From contig NZ_CP194951.1 of the NCBI RefSeq assembly GCF_030070105.2, forward strand, positions 965,511 through 997,510: a stretch of 32,000 nt of DNA. Reading direction: 5' to 3'. Source of the stretch: Bermanella sp. WJH001. Its GTDB lineage: Bacteria > Pseudomonadota > Gammaproteobacteria > Pseudomonadales > Oceanobacteraceae. The position numbers and the translations under genes were made by a program. The notes below the pieces were generated by a model, which saw nothing but the letters and a program-made list of their open reading frames with translations, did no database searches and was not told where the DNA came from. Shown here piece by piece: positions 14,827 through 26,772 of this stretch (the first letter of the stretch is position 1; each line of letters starts with the position of its first letter).

Positions 14827-15499
14827 TAAGGCCTACAAACGAGGTTTAAGACGTCGCCGGGCCACGTTTGATGCCGATGGTGAAGGCTGGTTGGTCACCT
14901 ATGCGGATGCCATAACCTTGTTATTGGCGTTTTTTGTTATGATTCTTTCAGTGTCTGACTTAAACCAAGGCAAGATAGAGGCATTAAAAGAAGGCTTGGC
15001 CAGTATTATTTCAGGCAAGCAAGCCGAAACCCCGTTTAACGATATTAAAGATGCGCTTAATGACATTGTTGCGCAGCACGATATGCAAGATAACGTGACG
15101 GTGGATATCGACATGAAAGGGGTAAGGGTAGAGTTCTCAAACTTCTCTCTTTATCAATCCGGCAGTGCCGCCATCAAGCCTGAAGCCTTGCCCATGCTGG
15201 CAGAGGTTAGCAAGGTCATCAAAGATACCAGTTCAGCCACCCATTTGATTGAAATCGAAGGCCATACTGATGATGTGCCCATCAGCACAGAGCGTTTCCC
15301 CTCAAATTGGGAGCTAAGCGCCTCACGTGCCAGCAATGTGGTGAAATACCTCATGGGTAAAGGTGTTAATAAGGAGCGCTTAAAGGCTTCTGGTTACGCA
15401 GATTCTCGTCCTAAGGCTAAACTTGAAGAAGGACAGGCCTTCACAGAAGAAGACAGGGCGGCAAATCGGCGTGTGGTGATTTATGTTCGCCGCTTCTGA
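14819..15499 (+). CDS. MotB-family stator subunit with an OmpA-like peptidoglycan-binding domain
   Basis: GWLVTYADAITLLLAFFVMIL is the MotB TM helix with the conserved Asp. IEIEGHTDDVPI...FPSNWELSASRASNVVKYL...ASGYADSRP...NRRVVI is the OmpA/MotB C-domain. ATG at 14819 overlaps the motA-like end by 8 nt. Confidence 0.88.
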   Translation: MSDKAYKRGLRRRRATFDADGEGWLVTYADAITLLLAFFVMILSVSDLNQGKIEALKEGLASIISGKQAETPFNDIKDALNDIVAQHDMQDNVTVDIDMKGVRVEFSNFSLYQSGSAAIKPEALPMLAEVSKVIKDTSSATHLIEIEGHTDDVPISTERFPSNWELSASRASNVVKYLMGKGVNKERLKASGYADSRPKAKLEEGQAFTEEDRAANRRVVIYVRRF

Positions 15500-15572
15500 G
15501 GCCCATTTATCAGGGTGTAACGAGAAAGTTTGTAAAAATATGTGTATATGCCTGAATATGGGGCAATCTTAA

Positions 15573-17288
<1,716 letters not shown>

Positions 17289-17311
17289 ATTTTTACGATT
17301 AACGATTTTGA

Positions 17312-18628
<1,317 letters not shown>

Positions 18629-18753
18629 AAACCTAACTATGTGGCTTGTGCTTTGTTAAAAAGATTTTTTGCCTCGCACAACAGGCCTCGTTAACGGTTT
18701 TAGAGCTACCTGTTTCGGTGACGCTCTTATGCCAGATCGCGAAAGCGAAAAAA

Positions 18754-18777
18754 GGGAAACTGCGGTTTCCCTTTTTT
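18754..18777 (+). terminator. Rho-independent terminator of eno
   Basis: GGGAAAC-TGCG-GTTTCCC followed by T6. Confidence 0.85.
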
Positions 18778-18950
18778 ATGTAAAAGATTGTAGGATGGGT
18801 TAACGAGGTACGAGGGTAACCCATCAAAATGTCATACCTTTAAAGTCAGGTATCCAATGCAGATGGCCAATGGATTCATTCTTATATGGGGTGACAGCTT
18901 GCTCAATTTAATAACACTTAAATATACAAACCGCTGATAACGATAATAAT

Positions 18951-19262
18951 ATGGCCTTAGTTGACTCAATTAAACAACATGCTTGGAAGCCCTTCGCGCT
19001 GGTGGTTTTTATTTGGCTGCAATATCAATTGTGGTTTGATGAAACCGGTGTGTTTGCCAATTATGCGTTGAAAGATCAAATTGAAAATCAAGCTGAATTG
19101 AATCGTGCAGGTAAGGCTCGTAATCAAGTACTTGAAGAAGAAATTTGGTCAATTAAGTCGGGTATGGACAGTATCGAAGCTAAGGCTCGCAAAGAGCTAG
19201 GCATGATAAAAAAAGACGAAACCTTCTTTATTATTGTTGACCCGGATAACAAACATGAGTGA
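18951..19262 (+). CDS. ftsB: Cell division protein FtsB
   Basis: About 100 aa with an N-terminal TM plus coiled coil. ARKELGMIKKDETFF is a typical FtsB/DivIC C-terminus. Conserved position upstream of ispD. Confidence 0.88.
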   Translation: MALVDSIKQHAWKPFALVVFIWLQYQLWFDETGVFANYALKDQIENQAELNRAGKARNQVLEEEIWSIKSGMDSIEAKARKELGMIKKDETFFIIVDPDNKHE

Positions 19263-19947
19263 TCAACTATACGCTGTTGTGCCCGCTGCGGGCATTGGTT
19301 CACGCATGCAGGCTGATCGACCTAAGCAGTATTTATCGATTTTAAATAACACCATTTTAGAGCATACCCTTAATCAGCTTTTGGGGTTTTCTGCGTTTAA
19401 AAAAATTATTTTACCCATAGCAAAGCATGACGACTTTTTTACAAAGTTAGAAATCTCGCAACACTCAAAAATTGATACCTGTTCAGGGGGCGCGGAGCGT
19501 TTTGAGTCAGTACTCAATGGTTTGACTAAGCTTTTGTCAATCGGTGCGAAAGAAAGTGACTGGGTAATGGTGCATGATGTGGCTCGCCCTTGTATTCGCC
19601 AACAGGATTTACAAGCCTTGTTTGAGCAGCGTAATACACAAGGTACCATTTTAGGTATGCAGGTACGCGACACCATGAAACGATGTGATGAACATGGTCG
19701 TATTATCACAACGGTTGAACGTGACAATCTTTGGCATGCTTTAACACCACAAATGGCCCCAATTGGTTTATTAAAAACCTGCATCGAAACCTGCATTTCA
19801 GATAATCATAATATTACCGATGAAGCCAGTGCCCTAGAATATTGTGGTTATCAACCCGTGATGGTGGCAGGTCATCCCAGCAATATAAAAGTAACTCGTC
19901 CCGATGATCTCATGATGGCGCAAGTGTTTTTACAGGAACAACAATGA
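19255..19947 (+). CDS. ispD: 2-C-methyl-D-erythritol 4-phosphate cytidylyltransferase
   Basis: [22 protein letters not shown] and [10 protein letters not shown]. Start at the internal ATG (19255) overlaps the ftsB end. Confidence 0.93.
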   Translation: MSDQLYAVVPAAGIGSRMQADRPKQYLSILNNTILEHTLNQLLGFSAFKKIILPIAKHDDFFTKLEISQHSKIDTCSGGAERFESVLNGLTKLLSIGAKESDWVMVHDVARPCIRQQDLQALFEQRNTQGTILGMQVRDTMKRCDEHGRIITTVERDNLWHALTPQMAPIGLLKTCIETCISDNHNITDEASALEYCGYQPVMVAGHPSNIKVTRPDDLMMAQVFLQEQQ

Positions 19948-20453
19948 TGACTTTTCGTATCGGCCATGGTTTTGATGTACATAAGTTTTCAGAACCTAAA
20001 ACCAATGCCAACATAATGATATGCGGTGTGGCCATTCCTTATGAGTGTGAATTAGTGGCACACAGTGATGGCGATGTAGCATTACATGCGCTTTGTGATG
20101 CGTTGTTAGGTGCGGCGGCGTTAGGGGATATTGGTCATCATTTTCCAGATACCGATCCGGCATTCAAAGGCGCAGATTCCCGCGTGTTGTTGCGTACCGT
20201 TATGACCGAAATTCAGAAAAAAAATTATGCCATTAATAATGTGGATATCACGATTATGGCGCAGGCGCCAAAAATGGCCCCACATATTCAAACCATGCGT
20301 GCCACCATTGCTCAAGATTTAAAACTGGATTTAGATCAGGTTAATGTGAAAGCCACGACAACCGAGAAATTGGGTTTTGTAGGAAGAAAAGAAGGGATCG
20401 CAGTAGAAGCGGTGGCCCTAATTCATAAACTCGATCACAAGCCATCAGCCTAA
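19944..20453 (+). CDS. ispF: 2-C-methyl-D-erythritol 2,4-cyclodiphosphate synthase
   Basis: [43 protein letters not shown] and [16 protein letters not shown] overlap with ispD. Confidence 0.95.
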   Translation: MMTFRIGHGFDVHKFSEPKTNANIMICGVAIPYECELVAHSDGDVALHALCDALLGAAALGDIGHHFPDTDPAFKGADSRVLLRTVMTEIQKKNYAINNVDITIMAQAPKMAPHIQTMRATIAQDLKLDLDQVNVKATTTEKLGFVGRKEGIAVEAVALIHKLDHKPSA

Positions 20454-20462
20454 GGCAATGCC

Positions 20463-21524
20463 ATGACAGATTTTACCGTAAATTGGCCAACGGCTTATCC
20501 AAAACTGGATGTGACCGCAGAGTTTCGCACATTTGATGAAGATTTTTTGGTAAGTGAAATCACCAACCGTAAACTGCATGAAAGTGGCCCTCACTTATAT
20601 TTGCAAATAGAAAAGCGTGGTGCCAATACACAATGGTTAGCCCGTCAACTTGCTAATCATGCCAAGCTAGATTTAAAAGATGTAGGTTATGCAGGTTTAA
20701 AAGATCGCCATGCTGTTACGCGACAATGGTTTAGTCTACCGATTAAAAATACTGAGCCCGATCTTACTCATTTATTTTCTAAAGAAGAGTTCACGCTATT
20801 AGCCAAAGGTTATTATGGTGTGAAATTAAAACGCGGTGCTCTAGGGGGTAATGCATTTCGAATCGTGTTGCGCAACGTGCAGGGTGATCAAGCTAGCATT
20901 AATCAGCGATTGGAGTTAATTCGCAACCAAGGTGTGCCCAATTATTTTGGTGAGCAGCGTTTTGGTCATGACTTTGAAAACCTGAAGCAAGCTCAGCATT
21001 TATTTGAAACAGGCAAGCGTCCACGTAATCGTCAAAAAGCCTCCATGTATATGTCGGCCGCCCGTTCATACCTGTTTAATAATATGTTGGCAAAACGGAT
21101 TGAAGAAAATTGTTGGGACACTCCAATTAATGGTGAAGTGTTTGGTTTTGCTGGCAGCTTACGCGGTTTTATTCAAGAAAATACCTCTGAAGAACGTACG
21201 CGGTTACGTGAACAGCGTATTCATCCAAGTTGTGCGTTATGGGGCAAGGGTGACAGTCTAAGCCAAACAGACCTTCTTGCACTTGAGCAAGAGCAAGCAC
21301 AACGGTTTCCTGTATTAGCGGCAGGCTTAGAAAAACAAGGCATGAAACAAGAGCGACGTGCCACGCGAATGTTGTTACCGGATTTATTTTGGCATTGGCT
21401 TGATGACAGCACATTGGTGCTGCGTTTTAATTTAGCTTCGGGTTACTTTGCCACTTCAGTTTTACGGGAGTTAGGCGTGATCACGCAGGCTCAACGGGAT
21501 ATTGAAAACGAGTCCTTGGAATAG
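20463..21524 (+). CDS. truD: tRNA pseudouridine(13) synthase
   Basis: GYAGLKDRHAVTRQWFS and VPNYFGEQRFG are TruD motifs. Conserved ispF-truD-surE order. Confidence 0.93.
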   Translation: MTDFTVNWPTAYPKLDVTAEFRTFDEDFLVSEITNRKLHESGPHLYLQIEKRGANTQWLARQLANHAKLDLKDVGYAGLKDRHAVTRQWFSLPIKNTEPDLTHLFSKEEFTLLAKGYYGVKLKRGALGGNAFRIVLRNVQGDQASINQRLELIRNQGVPNYFGEQRFGHDFENLKQAQHLFETGKRPRNRQKASMYMSAARSYLFNNMLAKRIEENCWDTPINGEVFGFAGSLRGFIQENTSEERTRLREQRIHPSCALWGKGDSLSQTDLLALEQEQAQRFPVLAAGLEKQGMKQERRATRMLLPDLFWHWLDDSTLVLRFNLASGYFATSVLRELGVITQAQRDIENESLE

Positions 21525-21529
21525 AATTG

Positions 21530-22267
21530 ATGAAACTATTACTCAGTAATGATGACGGGGTTCATGCAAAAGGCCTGACCGTATTAAGACAGTTTTGCCA
21601 GCAAGCGGGTTGGGATGTGCAAGTGATTGCCCCCGATCGTGATCGCAGTGGAGCCAGTAACTCGTTAACACTTACGCGTCCATTATCCCCTTTATATTTA
21701 GCCGATGGTGCCATCAGTATTGATGGCACGCCCACTGACTGTGTGCATCTAGGGTTAAATACCTTGTGTCCTTACCCTCCTGAGCGCGTCATCGCCGGTA
21801 TTAATGCGGGCCCAAATCTAGGCGATGATGTGATTTATTCTGGGACCGTGGCAGCTGCCATGGAGGGGCGTTTTCTAGATTTACCACCTTTGGCTATATC
21901 ATTGGCAGGCAAACATCATTATGAAACCGCAGCACAAGTATTGATTGAGCTCTTACCCAAGTTGCATGTTTTACAGTTAGCCCCGCGCACATTATTAAAT
22001 ATTAATGTGCCGGATGTACCATATGCTGAATTAGCTGGCACACAAATCACGCGATTGGGTCATCGCCAACGTAGTGATAATCCGGTGCATGCACAAAACC
22101 CCCGTGGCAAAGAATGTTATTGGATTAACGCACAAGGTAAAGGTGCGGATGCGGGCCCGGGAACGGATTTTTATGCCATTGCTCACAACATGGTTTCGAT
22201 TACACCTATTCAAGTGGATATGACAGGCCACGAAAGCATAGATGCGCTGAAGGAAGTATTGTTATGA
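21530..22267 (+). CDS. surE: 5'/3'-nucleotidase SurE
   Basis: LLLSNDDGVHAKGL, DRDRSGASNSLT and GINAGPNLGDDVIYSGTVAAAMEG. Confidence 0.95.
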   Translation: MKLLLSNDDGVHAKGLTVLRQFCQQAGWDVQVIAPDRDRSGASNSLTLTRPLSPLYLADGAISIDGTPTDCVHLGLNTLCPYPPERVIAGINAGPNLGDDVIYSGTVAAAMEGRFLDLPPLAISLAGKHHYETAAQVLIELLPKLHVLQLAPRTLLNINVPDVPYAELAGTQITRLGHRQRSDNPVHAQNPRGKECYWINAQGKGADAGPGTDFYAIAHNMVSITPIQVDMTGHESIDALKEVLL

Positions 22268-22929
22268 CACCGTTGCAATTACAAGGCATCGGCATGACCA
22301 GCCAACGCACGCGGGATCGTTTAATTACCCGTTTAAAAGAAAAAGGCATTAAGAACCAACAGGTACTTGAAGTCATGGCCAATACGCCGCGTCATTTATT
22401 TATTGATGAGGCACTGAGTCATAAAGCTTACGAAGATACCGCACTGCCCATCGGTTATGGTCAGACCATTAGCCAGCCGTATACCGTTGCAAAAATGACG
22501 GAGATTATCTTGGCAGCCGGTGAATTGGATAACGTCTTGGAAATCGGCACGGGCTGCGGTTACCAAACTTTAGTGCTGTCACAGTTGGTGCGCCGAGTGT
22601 ATAGCGTTGAGCGCATTGAACCCTTACAGAAAAAAGCAAAAGAGCGTATGCAATTATTGCGAGTAAATAATGTGCGCTTTCAACACTCTGATGGTAATTG
22701 GGGCTGGCCAGATGAAGGCCCATTTGATGCCATTTTATCCTGTGCAGCTCCTGAAACCATTCCCATGGATTTAGTGTCACAGTTAAAAATTGGTGGTCGC
22801 TTGTTAATGCCAGTGGGCCCTGATGGTAAACAAATGCTGCATTTATTAATTCGTGAAGAAGATGGTGTAACCAAAAAAATAATTGAGCCGGTGAACTTTG
22901 TACCCATGCTTAGTGGCACTCAAAAATAA
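22264..22929 (+). CDS. pcm: Protein-L-isoaspartate O-methyltransferase
   Basis: GYGQTISQPYTVAKMTE, VLEIGTGCGYQTLVLSQL, and start overlapping the surE stop. Confidence 0.95.
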   Translation: MTPLQLQGIGMTSQRTRDRLITRLKEKGIKNQQVLEVMANTPRHLFIDEALSHKAYEDTALPIGYGQTISQPYTVAKMTEIILAAGELDNVLEIGTGCGYQTLVLSQLVRRVYSVERIEPLQKKAKERMQLLRVNNVRFQHSDGNWGWPDEGPFDAILSCAAPETIPMDLVSQLKIGGRLLMPVGPDGKQMLHLLIREEDGVTKKIIEPVNFVPMLSGTQK

Positions 22930-22974
22930 TAACCGCAACTGTGATAACCAATAAAAGCGGTACTAAGGAAGAAC

Positions 22975-23871
22975 ATGATAGGTAATTTTTTTAGAGGCAT
23001 GGCCATGGGAGCGGCAGATATCGTCCCTGGCGTATCGGGTGGCACCATTGCGTTATTGACCGGTATCTATGAACGCCTCATTAGTGCCATTAAAAGTGTG
23101 GGCTGGGATACCTTGGTTACGCTTAAGCAAAAAGGCATCAAGGCCGCTTGGCAGCAAATCGACGGCACGTTTTTGTTAAGTATTCTTTTTGGTGCTGCTA
23201 CTAGCATCATTTTATTATCTAAAGTGCTGCATTATTTAATAGAAACTCAGCCCATTATGTTGTGGTCGTTTTTCTTTGGTCTGGTGTTAGCGTCTGTTGC
23301 CTATGTGGTCAAACAAGTGGATAGCTGGAATCCGGCTCGTATTTTACTGCTTGTTTTGGGCACCATAGTGGCGGCATTTATTAGTTTATCTCAAGCCACT
23401 GAAATAGAAGTCACCTCGTTTAGCCTATTCTTTGCCGGCTCCATTGCCATATGTGCCATGATTTTGCCGGGTATTTCTGGCAGTTTCATCTTATTACTAA
23501 TGGGGATGTACGGTTTTATAATCGGGGCGGTGAAAAGTTTTGATCTGGTTAGCCTAGGGATTTTTGCTAGCGGTTGCCTTGTGGGCATCATGTTATTTTC
23601 GCGGGTGTTATCTTGGTTATTACAGCACTTCCATAGTGCCACCATGGCCGTTTTAAGCGGTTTTATGCTGGGTGCCCTAGTGAAGTTGTGGCCTTGGAAG
23701 GCAGTATTAAGCTATCGCACTAATAGTGCTGGTGATCAGGTGCCATTTATTGAAACCCCAGTGTGGCCGTGGTTGCACCAAGATCCTCAGATTATCTTGG
23801 CAATCGTAGCCGTTATCATTGGCTTTTCTATTGTGTTTGTTATGGATAGACTGTTAAAAAACACAAAATAG
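22975..23871 (+). CDS. DUF368-family polytopic membrane protein (family recently linked to undecaprenyl-phosphate translocation)
   Basis: GMAMGAADIVPGVSGGTIALLTGIYERL and the internally repeated ILPGISGSFILLLMGMY are the DUF368 signature. About 8 hydrophobic helices. Confidence 0.8.
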   Translation: MIGNFFRGMAMGAADIVPGVSGGTIALLTGIYERLISAIKSVGWDTLVTLKQKGIKAAWQQIDGTFLLSILFGAATSIILLSKVLHYLIETQPIMLWSFFFGLVLASVAYVVKQVDSWNPARILLLVLGTIVAAFISLSQATEIEVTSFSLFFAGSIAICAMILPGISGSFILLLMGMYGFIIGAVKSFDLVSLGIFASGCLVGIMLFSRVLSWLLQHFHSATMAVLSGFMLGALVKLWPWKAVLSYRTNSAGDQVPFIETPVWPWLHQDPQIILAIVAVIIGFSIVFVMDRLLKNTK

Positions 23872-24050
23872 TATAAAAAATACACGCTAGTTAACCGAGT
23901 CAAAAGACTACAAATAGCAAATTTGCCAGCAGAAAATTGGCAAAGACTGAAAAGAAGTGTTACGAAATGTGAACTAACTCTTTTTTTTAGACGATTTTCA
24001 AATATAGCGGTAATGTTTGAGAATACATACCTATTAAAACAAAAAAGAAA

Positions 24051-24869
24051 ATGGATGAGAGCCTAGTGCAAATACTCAAGTGTCAAAAAATCCATCAAAT
24101 TAGGGTATTCACTCAAATACCTGCGCTAATCGTCATAAGTGTGATGCTTGCAGTGCTTTCTGGCTGCGCTGGTTTTGTCTCGGTTGAGCAAAAATTCGAC
24201 CCTGTTTCAGGGGATCGAAACACTCACATTGTGCAAAAAAGCGAGACCTTATTCTCCCTTGCATGGCGCTATGGCTGGGATTACAAAGCGTTAGCAAGTG
24301 CTAACAACATTTCTTACCCCTATACCATTTACCCAGGCCAAAAACTCACCATTCGTCAGAGTGAATATGCTTCAGCCAGTGATTTTTCAAGCAGTAGCAA
24401 AAGTTTGACGAAAAACAAGAGTACAAAAAATAGCCATGGCCCAAGTGCTTATAAAAATAGCCCGCAAGCGCCAAAACAGGTGGTTACTCAAGGCAGTTTG
24501 AATTGGAGCTGGCCTGCAAAAGGTGAGGTAATCGCCAAATTCTCAACGAAAGCACCTACCAACAAGGGGATTGATATCAGCGGGTCCTTGGGAGAATCTG
24601 TGTTTGCGGCAGCGGCCGGTTCAGTTGTGTATGCAGGTAGTGGGTTACTTGGATACGGCAACTTGGTAATCATAAAACACGACGACCAATTCCTAAGTGC
24701 CTATGCACATAACAAAGAATTATTGGTCAAAGAGAACCAAGAAGTTAAAGCTGGACAGACAATTGCCGAAATAGGATCTAGTGGCACAGATAAAGTGAAG
24801 CTTCACTTTGAAATACGCCACAAAGGGAAACCGGTAGACCCATTGAAATATCTTCCTAGGGCGAAATAA
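24051..24869 (+). CDS. nlpD: Murein hydrolase activator NlpD (LysM + M23 lipoprotein)
   Basis: Lipobox VLSGC. LysM segment HIVQKSETLFSLAWRYGWDYKALASANNI...IYPGQKL. M23 segment GIDISG...GYGNLVIIKHDDQFLSAYAHN...LHFEIRHKGKPVDP. Confidence 0.93.
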   Translation: MDESLVQILKCQKIHQIRVFTQIPALIVISVMLAVLSGCAGFVSVEQKFDPVSGDRNTHIVQKSETLFSLAWRYGWDYKALASANNISYPYTIYPGQKLTIRQSEYASASDFSSSSKSLTKNKSTKNSHGPSAYKNSPQAPKQVVTQGSLNWSWPAKGEVIAKFSTKAPTNKGIDISGSLGESVFAAAAGSVVYAGSGLLGYGNLVIIKHDDQFLSAYAHNKELLVKENQEVKAGQTIAEIGSSGTDKVKLHFEIRHKGKPVDPLKYLPRAK

Positions 24870-24992
24870 TGAAATCGCCATAGAAGATTGGGTCAAAAAT
24901 TATTTTTTTTGTTGGAAAGTTGGAACAGCTTTTGAATAGTCAAAGCAAAGTGACAACATAACAACAAATAAACATTGGCGGGGCAATTAGCT

Positions 24993-25964
24993 ATGGCAGC
25001 TATCAAGGGACTTAAAAAAAACGAAGCAGATTCTGACTTAGCACTTGTAGACGCTGAAGAAGAAACGGCAGAAAAAGAAGAAGTGATTGAAGAAATTGCA
25101 CAAGATACGGAAGTGCAGAAAAACCTAGATGCAACTCAGTTATATTTAAATGAAATTGGCTTTTCGCCACTACTGACTCCAGAAGAAGAAGTACACTTTG
25201 CACGCCTTGCTCGTAAAGGGGACGAAAAAGGCCGCAAACGTATGATTGAAAGTAACCTTCGCCTAGTTGTTAAAATATCACGTCGTTATGTTAATCGCGG
25301 TTTAACTCTTTTAGACCTAATTGAAGAAGGTAATCTTGGCCTAATTCGCGCGGTTGAAAAATTTGATCCAGAACGCGGTTTCCGCTTTTCAACCTACGCC
25401 ACTTGGTGGATTCGTCAAACCATTGAACGAGCCATCATGAATCAGACTCGTACCATCCGTTTACCCATTCATGTTGTTAAAGAATTGAATGTGTATTTAC
25501 GCGCCGCCCGCGAATTGACTCAAAAATTAGACCATGAGCCAAGTGCTGAAGAAATAGCAGAATTATTAGAAAAACCAGTGAGCGATGTAAAACGCATGCT
25601 GGGCTTAAATGAACGTGTCACCTCGGTGGACTCTCCTCTGGGTTACAACAGTGAAAAATCGGTATTAGATACCATTGCAGATGAGTCCATTAGTGACCCT
25701 TGCCAAGTCCTACAAGACGATGACATCAGCTCAAGCCTTGACCAATGGCTTGATGATCTGACTGAAAAACAACGTGAAGTGATTTCCCGCCGTTTTGGCC
25801 TTAGGGGATATGAAACCAGCACACTAGAAGAAGTTGGCCATGAGATCGGTTTGACCCGTGAACGTGTTCGCCAAATTCAAGTAGAAGCCTTAAAACGCAT
25901 GCGCGAAATTATGGAAAAACACGGCCTAAATGCCAGTGCCATATTTGGCGTGCAAGAAGCGTAA
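24993..25964 (+). CDS. rpoS: RNA polymerase sigma factor RpoS (sigma-38)
   Basis: [58 protein letters not shown] and [20 protein letters not shown]. Position after nlpD. ATG at 24993 preferred over TTG at 24975. Confidence 0.95.
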   Translation: MAAIKGLKKNEADSDLALVDAEEETAEKEEVIEEIAQDTEVQKNLDATQLYLNEIGFSPLLTPEEEVHFARLARKGDEKGRKRMIESNLRLVVKISRRYVNRGLTLLDLIEEGNLGLIRAVEKFDPERGFRFSTYATWWIRQTIERAIMNQTRTIRLPIHVVKELNVYLRAARELTQKLDHEPSAEEIAELLEKPVSDVKRMLGLNERVTSVDSPLGYNSEKSVLDTIADESISDPCQVLQDDDISSSLDQWLDDLTEKQREVISRRFGLRGYETSTLEEVGHEIGLTRERVRQIQVEALKRMREIMEKHGLNASAIFGVQEA

Positions 25965-25995
25965 CCGAACATACTCATCGATTCGAGTGTATTTG

Positions 25996-26022
25996 AACCC
26001 GCCCTAGTTGGCGGGTTTTTTT
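25996..26022 (+). terminator. Rho-independent terminator of rpoS
   Basis: AACCCGCC-CTAGTT-GGCGGGTT followed by a T-run. Confidence 0.88.
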
Positions 26023-26255
26023 ATTCCTGTTTTATAACTGAACCATTTTGCCACTGGAGCCGCCCCTCTTGACGACCTCAAGCTAAAAAACAAACCCCCA
26101 AGGCTCATAATCATCAAGCCTGAAAAATACAGTCATGAGTAATTTAAGCGCGCAAGGCTAATAAGCAATTACAGATAAGGGCTGTCTTAATGACGGGTTT
26201 TTTCATGGTGTGGCTTAATGCTATGATGTGCCTCTAAATAAAAGGTAAGTGTTAT

Positions 26256-26633
26256 ATGTCTAAATCTTTCGAAGCTCAGGGTGTTGTTCATTCCATCGGT
26301 GCCACCACAGAATACGGTAACAACGGCTTTACTAAGCGTGAGTTTGTCATCCAGTTAACCGGTGATGGCGAAAACCCAGATTACCCAAATTTTGTCGCTT
26401 TAGAGTTAATCAAAGACAAGTGTGCACTTATGGATAATTACAACATTGGTGATGAGATCACTGTGCACTTCAACCTATCTGGACGTCTATGGAACGCCCC
26501 TGGCAAGCCAGAGAAATGTTTTACTAGTCTACAAGCATGGCGCATTGAAAGTGGCGCACAGGCTCAACAAGGGGCGCCAGCGTTTGATCAGTCACAGCCA
26601 GGTCACGGCTTTGATGACGACGTACCGTTTTAG
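26256..26633 (+). CDS. DUF3127-like small protein (OB-fold-like)
   Basis: GVVHSIGATTEYGNNGFTKREFVIQ...YPNFVALELIKDKCALMD.YNIGDEITVHFNLSGRLWN...FTSLQAWRIE matches my memory of the DUF3127 pattern. Confidence 0.7.
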   Translation: MSKSFEAQGVVHSIGATTEYGNNGFTKREFVIQLTGDGENPDYPNFVALELIKDKCALMDNYNIGDEITVHFNLSGRLWNAPGKPEKCFTSLQAWRIESGAQAQQGAPAFDQSQPGHGFDDDVPF

Positions 26634-26650
26634 AGGTCACCTATGATAAT

Positions 26651-26680
26651 AGCCGCCATGCCAAGGGCGGCTTTTATTCT
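26651..26680 (+). terminator. Rho-independent terminator
   Basis: AGCCGCC-ATGCCAAG-GGCGGCT followed by TTTTATT. Confidence 0.75.
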
Positions 26681-26772
26681 TCGAGGTATGTGAAATTCAT
26701 ATGCTCTTAGTAGTGCCAATCGAGCACATTTGGTAAGCTGAGCTATTAATCTGTACCTGCTGAGCCTTTGTT

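Noticed and set aside
14029-15499. Assigning the stator pair to Zorya (ZorAB), ExbBD or TolQR.
   Set aside because: ZorA is much longer with a long cytoplasmic tail, and ZorC/D-like genes are absent. ExbB/TolQ have three TM helices, and their partners ExbD/TolR lack an OmpA-type domain. The 4-TM protein plus the TYAD...OmpA partner is the MotAB/PomAB architecture.
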